Assembly (NCBI GenBank): GCA_038234255.1
Contig: JBBSUR010000001.1
Location: forward strand, 1-40,616
Source of the DNA: Mycobacteriales bacterium
GTDB lineage: Bacteria; Actinomycetota; Actinomycetes; Mycobacteriales; SCTD01
Reading direction: 5' to 3'
DNA: 40,616 bases
Made by a program: the position numbers and the translations under genes. Positions 11,299-24,771 of the stretch are shown here, piece after piece; the stretch's first letter is position 1; each line of letters opens with the position of its first letter. The notes beneath the pieces were generated by a model. It saw only the letters and a program-made list of their open reading frames with translations, did no database searches and was not told where the DNA came from.

Positions 11299-11857
11299 CC
11301 GCGACGAAGAGCTGCCGGCAGCGGCCCCGGTAGAGGCCGGCGGGCCGTCGCCAACCGCCTCCGAGCGGCGCGGACCGGATCTCGCCCGCGCCGCGCTGGC
11401 CTCGGCTCGGGCTGCGGCGCGGGCCAAGGGCCTGTCGCCGGGAATGCCACGGGCCAGGGGGCGACGAACCGAACCGTCCCGGTCAGGTTCCGGTCCGGAC
11501 GCCCGCGATCCGGTGCGCTTCGGTGAGCTGGTCCGCCGGCTGGTCGCCGAGCGCGGTTGGGCGGAGACGACCACCGCCGCAGGGGTGCTCGCCCAGTGGG
11601 ATCAACTTGTCGGTCCGGAGATCGCCGACCACTGCCGACCGGTCTCGCTGATCGACGGCGAGCTCGTCCTGGTCGCCGAGTCGTCCGCCTGGGCCACCCA
11701 GTTGCGACTGCTCACCCGGACGCTGACCGCCCGACTGGGCGCGCAGGTGGGCCCGGAAGCGGTGCGGAGCATCGTCGTCCACGGACCGGCCCAGGCCGAC
11801 TGGCGCAAGGGTCCGCGCCGGGTACAGGGGCGCGGCCCCCGCGACACCTACGGCTGA
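11288..11857 (+). CDS. DUF721/DciA-like protein (Rv0004 position)
   Basis: ~189 aa from GTG 11288 (alternative GTG 11270), overlapping the recF end. C-terminal DUF721-like core ([41 protein letters not shown]). Conserved recF-DUF721-gyrB order. Confidence 0.75.
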   Translation: MCDSRDEELPAAAPVEAGGPSPTASERRGPDLARAALASARAAARAKGLSPGMPRARGRRTEPSRSGSGPDARDPVRFGELVRRLVAERGWAETTTAAGVLAQWDQLVGPEIADHCRPVSLIDGELVLVAESSAWATQLRLLTRTLTARLGAQVGPEAVRSIVVHGPAQADWRKGPRRVQGRGPRDTYG

Positions 11858-11877
11858 GCCGCCCGCCGGGGCGCTGA

Positions 11878-14247
<2,370 letters not shown>

Positions 14248-14252
14248 GCCTG

Positions 14253-14268
14253 TGTTTCACGTGGAACA
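14253..14268. promoter_or_regulatory. parS-like ParB binding site
   Basis: TGTTTCACGTGGAACA matches the 16-bp parS consensus TGTTTCACGTGAAACA at 15/16 positions. Located in the gyrB-gyrA intergenic gap. Confidence 0.55.
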
Positions 14269-14319
14269 TCGATCTGACGCCGTTGTCCGCCGCCGAGCAG
14301 TGAGCGGAGAAGCACTCCT

Positions 14320-18164
<3,845 letters not shown>

Positions 18165-18168
<4 letters not shown>

Positions 18169-19130
18169 CCGCACCCTCCACCCCAGGCGGGGGCACACCG
18201 GGCGGGACCGCTCCGGACGGGGCCAGGCCGGACGGGGCCACACCCGGCGCGGGCGCACCACACGGAGGCACGGCGGAGGCCGGCCGGTCCGGCCCCACCA
18301 CCGATCAACCTGGCCGTCGGGAGCAGACGCCGGTGGAGGTGCCCCACCTGGACGCTCCGCCTCAGGAGGCGGCTCGGCCGCCGGGTCCGGCGTCGCCCGC
18401 GCCCGCGCCCGCATCCGCATCCGCGCCCGCATCCGCGCCCGCGCCCGCATCCGCGCCCGAGCCCGCATCCGCGCCTGTCTCGCCCCCGCCGGCTCGCCTG
18501 GCGCCGGCACCCGCGCCCGCCGCACCCGCTCCCGCGACCCAGCCCCTGCACCGTCCGCCCAACGCTTCGTCACCCCTGCACGCGGCGGCCCCTTCTCCCG
18601 CCGCGCTCGGAGGTGTTCCGAAGAACCGGGCTCCCGTGCCGATGGCTGCTCCTGCCCGGCGCGACGCGGACCGGGCTTCCACCGTGGTGCCCGCATCCGG
18701 CGTACGCCGTCCCGCGCCACCGCGGCCGGCTCCCGCTCCCCGGACGGCCGACCGGACGCCGACTTCGCGGGCGGCTGCTCGGCCCCGGACGACCCGGCTC
18801 GCGCTCAAGCGCATCGATCCGTGGTCGGTGTTCCTGTTCTCCCTGCTGGCCTCGGTCTTCGCCGGGGTCGCGCTGGTGGTTGCCGTCGCCGCCCTGTTCG
18901 CCGCCCTCAGCTCACTCGGCGTCGTGACATCGGTCAACGAGCTGGTCGGCGAGGTGACCGGAGGCGGGCCGCTGCTGACCTCGACCCGCATCGTGGGGGG
19001 TGCCTTGGTCCTGGCCGCCGCCAATGTCGTCCTGCTGACGCTGTTGGCCACCCTCGGTTCGCTGCTCTACAACCTGTGCGCCTCGTTCTCCGGAGGCATC
19101 GAGGTGACCCTCGGCGAGCGGGACAGTTGA
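18165..19130 (+). CDS. DUF3566 membrane protein (Rv0007 position)
   Basis: 321 aa. ATG overlaps the gyrA stop (ATGA). Long Pro/Ala/Ser-rich N-terminal region. C-terminal conserved core [15 protein letters not shown]...[17 protein letters not shown] with two TM segments. Confidence 0.85.
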
Positions 19131-19184
19131 CCAGCGGCAGCCGCGCAGTGGGGTAGTCTCGGCGATCGTGTCCTCGCACGGCCG

Positions 19185-19258
19185 GGGCCTGTAGCTCAGC
19201 TGGTTAGAGCGCATCCCTGATAAGGATGAGGCCGGAGGTTCAAGTCCTCCCAGGCCCA
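19185..19258 (+). tRNA. tRNA-Ile (anticodon GAT)
   Basis: 74-nt cloverleaf. Acceptor GGGCCTG/CAGGCCC, D-arm GCTC-AGCTGGTTA-GAGC, anticodon loop CTGATAA, T-arm GGAGG-TTCAAGT-CCTCC, discriminator A. CCA is not encoded. Confidence 0.95.
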
Positions 19259-19307
19259 CCCCGTCCCCGGCGCTTGCCCGCTGATCGCCCGTCCGAAGGA
19301 GTGCCCC

Positions 19308-19436
19308 GTGCGCCGTCCCACCCTCCTGGTCGTGCTGCTCGGGGCCGGCGCACTGCTGCTGCGCCGCAGGTCCCGCTCCGGCCGAGCGGACAAGGACGTC
19401 TGGACCGAGGCGACGACGCCGCCCGACCTGCGCTAG
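19308..19436 (+). CDS. Small membrane protein resembling the actinobacterial DLW-39 family (42 aa)
   Basis: Not in the ORF track (<60 aa). GTG 19308 preceded by GAAGGAG. VRRPTLLVVLLGAGALLLRRRSRSGRADKDVWTEATTPPDLR. 39/42 codons end in G/C. One TM helix plus a D-V-W-T-E-A-T motif. Sits between tRNA-Ile and tRNA-Ala. Confidence 0.65.
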   Translation: MRRPTLLVVLLGAGALLLRRRSRSGRADKDVWTEATTPPDLR

Positions 19437-19459
19437 TCGATCGCGGCGCACGCTCGACA

Positions 19460-19532
19460 GGGGCCATAGCTCAACTGGCAGAGCACCGCCTTTGCAAGGC
19501 GGGGGTTCGGGGTTCGAGTCCCCGTGGCTCCA
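19460..19532 (+). tRNA. tRNA-Ala (anticodon TGC)
   Basis: 73-nt cloverleaf. Acceptor GGGGCCA/TGGCTCC with the G3:U70 alanine identity pair, anticodon loop TTTGCAA, T-arm CGGGG-TTCGAGT-CCCCG, discriminator A. Confidence 0.95.
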
Positions 19533-19665
19533 CCCTGGGTCAGAGCCGTTGGCGGGTTCGACTACAGAGTTCCGCTCACTGGCCGACACTTGTGCAGACG
19601 GGAGCCCCTGACGGATCGGTGCCCACCAGTGTTGCGGGACTGCGGTCCCGGTCGGAGGAGCGCGA

Positions 19666-20724
19666 ATGGCGGGCAGCGAGACCGAAGCCATGCTGGAACT
19701 GGCCGAAGTGCTGCTCGGCGCGCCCGACTCGCCCACCGCCGGCGCACTGGTGGTCGAGGCCGTCGCGCTGCTGTCCGGATCCCCCCGCGTCCTGCTGCTC
19801 GCCGCCCCGGACGGTCGGCTCCCGCTGGTCGCCGCGTTCGGAATGGACCAGGCCAAAGCGCCGGTCGGCCCGTGTCGCAGTGTCGTCGTGGTCCAGGCGG
19901 TCGAGGCCGGATCGACGCGTCTGATCCCCAGGCTCGACCCGGTGACCGAACCGTGGTTGGGCACGGTGCTGCCGGCGGGGGTTGACCTGCTCGTCGCCCC
20001 GGTGGCCGTCGATGGCCGGCGCTACGGGGCGCTGGTCCTTCAGCTGCCCGACTCCCGTCCGGCGGACCTCGAGCCTGGTTCGTTGCAGGCGCTGTCGCGC
20101 ATCGCCTCGAGCGCAGCCCGGGCGTTGCGCACCCTGTGGCGGGTGGAGCACCTCGAGCGGCTGGCCGCGACCGACGACCTGACCATGATCGCGAATCGCC
20201 GAGCCTTCGGTGCCGCTCTGGAGCGGGAGCTGGCCCGCGGTGCACGCAGCGGGGAGCCGGTCAGCCTGGTGATCCTGGACCTGGACCTGTTCAAGACGGT
20301 GAACGACGAGTACGGCCATCCCGCCGGCGACGAGGCGCTGCGCAACGTGGCCGCGGCGCTGTCGATCGCCTGCCGGGACCTCGACACGGCGGCTCGATAC
20401 GGCGGGGAGGAGTTCGCCGTGATCCTGCCGGACTGCGGCCCCGACCGGAGCGTCGACATCGCTGAGCGGTTGCGCGAAGCGGTCGCGTCGGCACCGGCGG
20501 TGCGGCCACTGACCGCCAGCGCCGGCGTGGCGAGCTACCCGTCACAGGCCAGCGACGTCGACAGTCTGGTGCGGGCCGCCGACGACGCGCTGCTGGTGTC
20601 CAAGCGGGCGGGGCGCAACCGCACCACCCGAGCGACCAGCGAGCCGATCAAGGACGTACGCCGATCGGCGCTCGCCCGCCGGGTGACCCCGCAGACCGCC
20701 GGGCTGGACGGGCCGGCCGGCTAG
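19666..20724 (+). CDS. GAF-like sensor + GGDEF diguanylate cyclase
   Basis: 352 aa. GGAGGAG SD. C-terminal GGDEF domain (DDLTMIANRRAF...LDLDLFKTVNDEYGHPAGDEAL...ARYGGEEF) with an RxxD I-site (RDLD) five residues before GGEEF. Confidence 0.9.
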   Translation: MAGSETEAMLELAEVLLGAPDSPTAGALVVEAVALLSGSPRVLLLAAPDGRLPLVAAFGMDQAKAPVGPCRSVVVVQAVEAGSTRLIPRLDPVTEPWLGTVLPAGVDLLVAPVAVDGRRYGALVLQLPDSRPADLEPGSLQALSRIASSAARALRTLWRVEHLERLAATDDLTMIANRRAFGAALERELARGARSGEPVSLVILDLDLFKTVNDEYGHPAGDEALRNVAAALSIACRDLDTAARYGGEEFAVILPDCGPDRSVDIAERLREAVASAPAVRPLTASAGVASYPSQASDVDSLVRAADDALLVSKRAGRNRTTRATSEPIKDVRRSALARRVTPQTAGLDGPAG

Positions 20725-20764
20725 TGGTTCTGCTCGTTGAGGTAGAGAGCGCAGGCGCAGTCAA

Positions 20765-20945
20765 GGGCTTGTTCAGTTCAGTGGTCCGCAACTTTCCGGC
20801 GATGTTGCGCTTCCTGGCAACACCCACTCGCCGAGCATGCCGACTCCGCAGGCCTTTCCACAGGCCGAGCGCCCTCCAGAATTTTTCGGTCCGCGGTCTG
20901 AGATCCTCACCGCGAGCGGATCGTGCTGCCGTGGACGTCGGTGCG
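20765..20945 (+). repeat. Copy A of a ~180-bp duplicated element (truncated; ends in a 5-codon XRE gene stub)
   Basis: 20786-20866 matches 38399-38479 at 72/81 positions. 20905-20945 matches 38519-38559 at 37/41, including GTGGACGTCGG(T/C)GCG. The central ~40 nt are diverged. Confidence 0.8.
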
Positions 20946-20969
20946 GGGCAGAGCAGAGCTAGCTAGCTG

Positions 20970-21287
20970 CTAGCCGGGCGCATCCGGCCGGTCGACCACG
21001 GCCCGGAGATCCTCCGGCTCCTGCGCCCCGGGCGCGTCCTGGCCGGCTACCCGTCGGACAACCACCGTGAGAGCTCCGCCGGCGAGCGCCCCCAAAGCCG
21101 CTGCTCCGAGTGCCCACGGCCATCGGCGGACAGCGACCGGTGGGCCCACCCGGGTTCCGCGGACGGCGTCCCAGGCGGCGCTGCCGCGTACCCGGGAATG
21201 GCCGAGGGCGCTCCGGACCGCATCCACGGCGCGCGTCGGCGCAGCCGGCCTGGCGCCGGCCCCCAGTATCGCGCGCCTGCGTCGCAT
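20970..21287 (-). CDS. Possible CwsA-like single-pass membrane protein (Rv0008c position)
   Basis: 105 aa. One TM near the C-terminus followed by a charged tail (WPWALGAAALGALAGGALTVVVRRVAGQDAPG...), the same architecture and position (divergent from ppiA) as mycobacterial CwsA. Third-position G/C is only ~80%, and the opposite strand has an equally open frame, so coding status is uncertain. Confidence 0.35.
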   Translation of the reverse strand: MRRRRAILGAGARPAAPTRAVDAVRSALGHSRVRGSAAWDAVRGTRVGPPVAVRRWPWALGAAALGALAGGALTVVVRRVAGQDAPGAQEPEDLRAVVDRPDAPG

Positions 21288-21429
21288 GCGCCGTCCCCCG
21301 TCTCTGTCGCCTCCGAGCCGAGGTCAACTCCGCAGCCTGTCACGGCGGCGAGGCGGGCGCGACACCCGTGCAAGACTCATGGCGCAGATCTGTCCCCCTG
21401 ACGCCGTCCAATGACGAAGGAGCCCCCGC

Positions 21430-21960
21430 GTGGCCAGCGAGCTGTACGCCACCCTCCGCACCAGCCTCGGCCCGGTCCGCGTGAAACTCTTCCCCGATCA
21501 TGCCCCGAAGACGGTGCGTAACTTCGTCGGGCTGTCCGACGGCGGTGGCGAGTGGACCGATCCGCGTACCGGCAAGAAGGGCGAGGGCTCCCTCTACGCG
21601 GGCACCGTCTTCCACCGGGTGATCCCGGGATTCATGATCCAGGGCGGCGACCCACTCGGGACCGGCACCGGTGGACCCGGCTACCGCTTCAAGGACGAGT
21701 GCCACCCCGAGCTGTCCTTTACCAAGCCCTACCTGCTGGCGATGGCCAACGCCGGACCGGGCACCAACGGCTCGCAATTCTTCGTGACGGTGGCCAACAC
21801 CACCCATCTCACCGGCAAGCACACCATCTTCGGGGAGGTGGCCGACCAGGCCAGCCGCGACGTCGTCGACGCCATCGCGTCCACCCCCACCGGCGCTATG
21901 GACCGGCCGCGCACCGACGTGGTGATCGAGTCGGTCGACGTCGAGCAGGTGGACAGCTGA
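21430..21960 (+). CDS. ppiA: Cyclophilin-type peptidyl-prolyl cis-trans isomerase
   Basis: 176 aa from GTG 21430 (GAAGGAG SD). Motifs FHRVIPGFMIQGGDP, LAMANAGPGTNGSQFF and HTIFGEV. Confidence 0.95.
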   Translation: MASELYATLRTSLGPVRVKLFPDHAPKTVRNFVGLSDGGGEWTDPRTGKKGEGSLYAGTVFHRVIPGFMIQGGDPLGTGTGGPGYRFKDECHPELSFTKPYLLAMANAGPGTNGSQFFVTVANTTHLTGKHTIFGEVADQASRDVVDAIASTPTGAMDRPRTDVVIESVDVEQVDS

Positions 21961-22844
21961 CCGAGGTCGCCGGCCCGGGAGGCGACGCCGTCCAGAGCCC
22001 GCCCGTCTGCTACCGGCACGCCGACCGGGAGACCTACGTCCGGTGCAACCGGTGCGAGCGGTCGATCTGCCCGGACTGCATGCAGGCCGCCTCGGTCGGT
22101 TTCCAGTGCCCGGAGTGCGTCAGCGCCGCAGGAATGGCCGTGCGTCAGGGGCGCACCGTCTTCGGTGGTCGGATCAGTGGCGACACCAGCCGGCTCACGA
22201 TCGCGATCATCGCGCTCAACGTCGGCGTGTTCCTGGCCGGGTTGCTGCTGGGTGAGCGCGAGTTGCAGGTCCGGTTCGGCAACATCACCGGGCCGGTGCG
22301 CTTCCTGCCGGGCGGCGACGTCGGCGGCGTGGCCACCGGGGAGTACTACCGGCTGTTCACCGCGGCGTTCCTGCATGCCGGCGTGCTCCACATCGCGCTG
22401 AACATGTTCGCGCTCATCCAGCTCGGGCCGGTGCTGGAGTCGGCCCTGGGCCGGGTGCGCTTCCTGACGCTGTACCTGCTGGCCGCGCTCGGCGGGTCCA
22501 CCCTGTCCTTCCTGGTCTCAGACCCAGGAGTGCTCGGCGTGGGGGCGTCCGGTGCCATCTTCGGGCTGTTCGGCGCCTACTACGTCGTGGTGCGCCGGCT
22601 GGGAGGCCAGACCAAGTCCATCCTCGTCCTGCTGGCGATCAACATCGTGATCACCTTCACCGTGCCGATCATCGACTGGCGGGCGCACGTCGGGGGGCTG
22701 GTGACCGGATCGCTGCTGGCTGTCATCTTCGCCTACACGCCCTCCGGACCGCACCGGAACCAACTGCAGGCGGCCGGCTGCGCTGCGGTCGCCCTGGTCC
22801 TTGTCGTGCTCGTCACGTTGCGAAGAGCCGCCATCGGCGGCTGA
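21957..22844 (+). CDS. Rhomboid family intramembrane serine protease with N-terminal zinc ribbon
   Basis: Zn ribbon CYRH...CNRCERSICPDC...CPEC. Rhomboid motifs HAGVLHIALNM, GASGAIFGLFGA (catalytic Ser) and AHVGGLVTG (catalytic His). The start is uncertain: there is no in-frame ATG/GTG/TTG between 21699 and the zinc ribbon, and CTG 21957 overlaps the ppiA stop. Confidence 0.85.
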   Translation: MTEVAGPGGDAVQSPPVCYRHADRETYVRCNRCERSICPDCMQAASVGFQCPECVSAAGMAVRQGRTVFGGRISGDTSRLTIAIIALNVGVFLAGLLLGERELQVRFGNITGPVRFLPGGDVGGVATGEYYRLFTAAFLHAGVLHIALNMFALIQLGPVLESALGRVRFLTLYLLAALGGSTLSFLVSDPGVLGVGASGAIFGLFGAYYVVVRRLGGQTKSILVLLAINIVITFTVPIIDWRAHVGGLVTGSLLAVIFAYTPSGPHRNQLQAAGCAAVALVLVVLVTLRRAAIGG

Positions 22845-22936
22845 GCGGTCCTACACTCGTGGCAGGGTGAACGACCGTTCACCGCGTGTCCCGTTCCTGG
22901 CTCGCGCCGTTCGACTCGCACCGTTCGAGAGGTCCC

Positions 22937-24079
22937 ATGCGCGACGCGGTCATCGTCGAAGCGGTCCGTACGCCGGTAGGAAAGCGCAACGGCGCGCTGT
23001 CCGGCATCCACTCGGCCGACCTGTCCGCGCACGTCCTGCGCGCCCTCGCCGAGCGCTCGGGAATCGACCCGGCTGGGGTCGACGACGTCATCTGGGGCTG
23101 CGTGTCGCAGGTCGGCGAGCAGACCTTCGACATCGCGCGAACGGCGGTGCTCTCGGCCGGCTGGCCGGAGTCGGTCCCCGGCACCACGGTCGACCGGCAG
23201 TGCGGCTCGTCGCAACAGGCAGTGCACTTCGCGGCTGCCGGCGTCATCTCCGGGCAGTACGACATCGCGGTGGCCGGCGGCGTCGAGGTCATGAGCCGCA
23301 CTCCTATGGGCAGCACCTTCACGGCGAACCCGCTCGGCGCGGACTACCTTGCCCGCTACGGACCGGACTTCCCTCACCAGGGCGTCGGGGCCGAGGACAT
23401 CGCCGACAGCTACGGCCTGTCGCGCACCCAGTTGGACGAGTTCGCCCTGCAGTCGCACGAGCGGGCCGCGGCCGCGATCGACGAGGGTCGCTTCGCCGGT
23501 CAGATCGCGCCGGTGACCGGTCCCGACGGCCAGATCGTCACCACCGACGAGGGCGTACGCCGCGGCGGCTCGCTGGAGAAGCTGGCGACGCTGAAGGCCG
23601 CCTTCCGGGAGGACGGCAAGATCACCGCGGCGAACTCCTCGCAGATCTCCGACGGCGCCGCCGCGTTGCTGATCATGACCGGTGAGAAAGCCCGAAGCCT
23701 CGGGCTGACCCCGCTGGTCCGGGTGCACACCGCCGTGCTCGCCGGCGTCGCCCCGATGCCGATGCTGCACGGCCCGATGCCGGCGACGCTCAAGGCGTTC
23801 GCGAAGTCCGGTCTGACCGCAGCCGACATCGGCGCGTACGAGGTGAACGAGGCGTTCGCCAGCGTGCCGCTGGCCTGGCTGCGCGACATCGGCGCCGATG
23901 ACAAGACGGTCAACCCCAATGGTGGGGCGATCGCGCTCGGGCACCCGCTCGGGGGGTCCGGCGCGCGGCTGATGACCACGCTGGTGCACCACATGACCGA
24001 CCACGGCATCCGGTACGGCCTGCAGACGATGTGCGAGGGCGGCGGCCAGGCCAACGCCACCGTCTTGGAGCTGCTGTAG
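22937..24079 (+). CDS. Acetyl-CoA C-acyltransferase (thiolase)
   Basis: 380 aa from ATG 22937 (MRDAVIVEAVRTPVGKRNG; GAGAGG SD). Active-site VDRQCGSSQQA, NPNGGAIALGHPLGGSG and C-terminal CEGGGQANA. Confidence 0.9.
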   Translation: MRDAVIVEAVRTPVGKRNGALSGIHSADLSAHVLRALAERSGIDPAGVDDVIWGCVSQVGEQTFDIARTAVLSAGWPESVPGTTVDRQCGSSQQAVHFAAAGVISGQYDIAVAGGVEVMSRTPMGSTFTANPLGADYLARYGPDFPHQGVGAEDIADSYGLSRTQLDEFALQSHERAAAAIDEGRFAGQIAPVTGPDGQIVTTDEGVRRGGSLEKLATLKAAFREDGKITAANSSQISDGAAALLIMTGEKARSLGLTPLVRVHTAVLAGVAPMPMLHGPMPATLKAFAKSGLTAADIGAYEVNEAFASVPLAWLRDIGADDKTVNPNGGAIALGHPLGGSGARLMTTLVHHMTDHGIRYGLQTMCEGGGQANATVLELL

Positions 24080-24083
24080 ATCG

Positions 24084-24104
24084 GCTGTCCACACTGTGGA
24101 CAGC
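24084..24104. promoter_or_regulatory. Perfect 21-bp palindrome made of two head-to-head DnaA-box-like 9-mers
   Basis: GCTGTCCACA-C-TGTGGACAGC. CTGTCCACA and TGTGGACAG are the same 8/9 box variants found in oriC (7555-7563, 7693-7701). Located 5 nt after the thiolase stop, with no T-tract. Confidence 0.5.
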
Positions 24105-24172
24105 GGCTGGGGAGAACTACAGCGGTGTGAGATCGACGGCGGGCCGGCGCTGATTTGCTGGCCCCCTCGAGC

Positions 24173-24336
24173 GGGGGTCCGTCCCTGATCATCTGGCGAG
24201 CCGCGGGGGTCCGTCCCTGATCATCTGGCGCCCCGCCGGGTCCGCCCCTGATCATCTGGCGAAAATGTGGCGCCGATGAGTCACTTTGGCGCCAATGGAT
24301 CAGGGAGGGCCGGGCGGAGGCGCCAATGGATCAGGG
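24173..24336. repeat. Array of three direct 24-26-bp repeats followed by two inverted partial copies
   Basis: GGGGGTCCGTCCCTGATCATCTGGCG at 24173-24198 and 24205-24230 (identical). GGGTCCGCCCCTGATCATCTGGCG at 24238-24261. GGCGCCAATGGATCAGGG at 24288-24305 and 24319-24336 (identical), whose reverse complement shares CCCTGATC...TGGCG with the direct units. Period is 31-32 bp. Confidence 0.85.
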
Positions 24337-24389
24337 CCGGGGGCCCCGAGCGCCGGGAAGGATGCGCGGCCGACAAGGCCTACCGGCCG

Positions 24390-24656
24390 CTACCGCCACT
24401 GCGTGGACAGGCCGAACCCGGCGATGATGAAGCCGAAGCCGACCAGCAGGTTCCAGTTGCCCAGGTCCGAGGCGACCGGAAGTCCGCCGAACCGGGCCTC
24501 GGTGATGTAGAAGACCACCAGCCACAGCACCCCCAAGCCGAACAGCACCAGCATCAGCGGAGCCAGCCAGCGGGGGCTGGGCCCGGGCTTCTTGACGGCG
24601 CCCGCCGGGCGGGGCGAGGTGGTGGCCGGCTTCTTCCGCTTCTTGGACTCGGGCAC
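24390..24656 (-). CDS. crgA: Cell division protein CrgA
   Basis: 88 aa from GTG 24656 (GAAGGAAG SD). Basic N-terminus MPESKKRKK, two TM helices, and the conserved PRWLAPLMLVLFGLGVLWLVVFY...NWNLLVGFGFIIAGFGLSTQWR. Confidence 0.95.
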   Translation of the reverse strand: MPESKKRKKPATTSPRPAGAVKKPGPSPRWLAPLMLVLFGLGVLWLVVFYITEARFGGLPVASDLGNWNLLVGFGFIIAGFGLSTQWR

Positions 24657-24771
24657 GAGCGGCTTCCTTCACTGCAAGGGTGGTGTTCCCAGAAAGGGAA
24701 CGCGGTTCACGTCCTGGCGGTTAGCGTAGTAGGCGGTGCGCGATCCCTCGGCGCCCCAGAGGGAGGTGGTC

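Noticed and set aside
18393-18476. Hexanucleotide GCGCCC/GCATCC repeat tract
   Set aside because: It is in frame within the DUF3566 N-terminal disordered region, where it encodes (PA/SA)n. It is coding low complexity, not a separate element. The same applies to the GGGK-encoding 12-bp repeats in the yidC tail (~3570-3620) and the GGDDRG duplication in DnaA domain II (~6160-6200).
19127-19159. TTGACC ... TAGTCT as a promoter for tRNA-Ile
   Set aside because: The spacer between the hexamers is 21 nt, too long for a housekeeping sigma-70-type promoter. The -10-like TAGTCT alone is weak evidence.
20967-21401. 145-codon open plus-strand frame opposite the cwsA-like ORF, in frame with the XRE stub
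   Set aside because: There is no start codon before 21198. The translation is Pro/Arg/Ser-rich and shows no similarity to the intact XRE protein. It is kept only as a caveat on the cwsA-like call.
24173-24336. Possible CRISPR array
   Set aside because: The spacers between direct repeats are only ~6 nt. There are just three direct units, the following units are inverted, and there are no cas genes.
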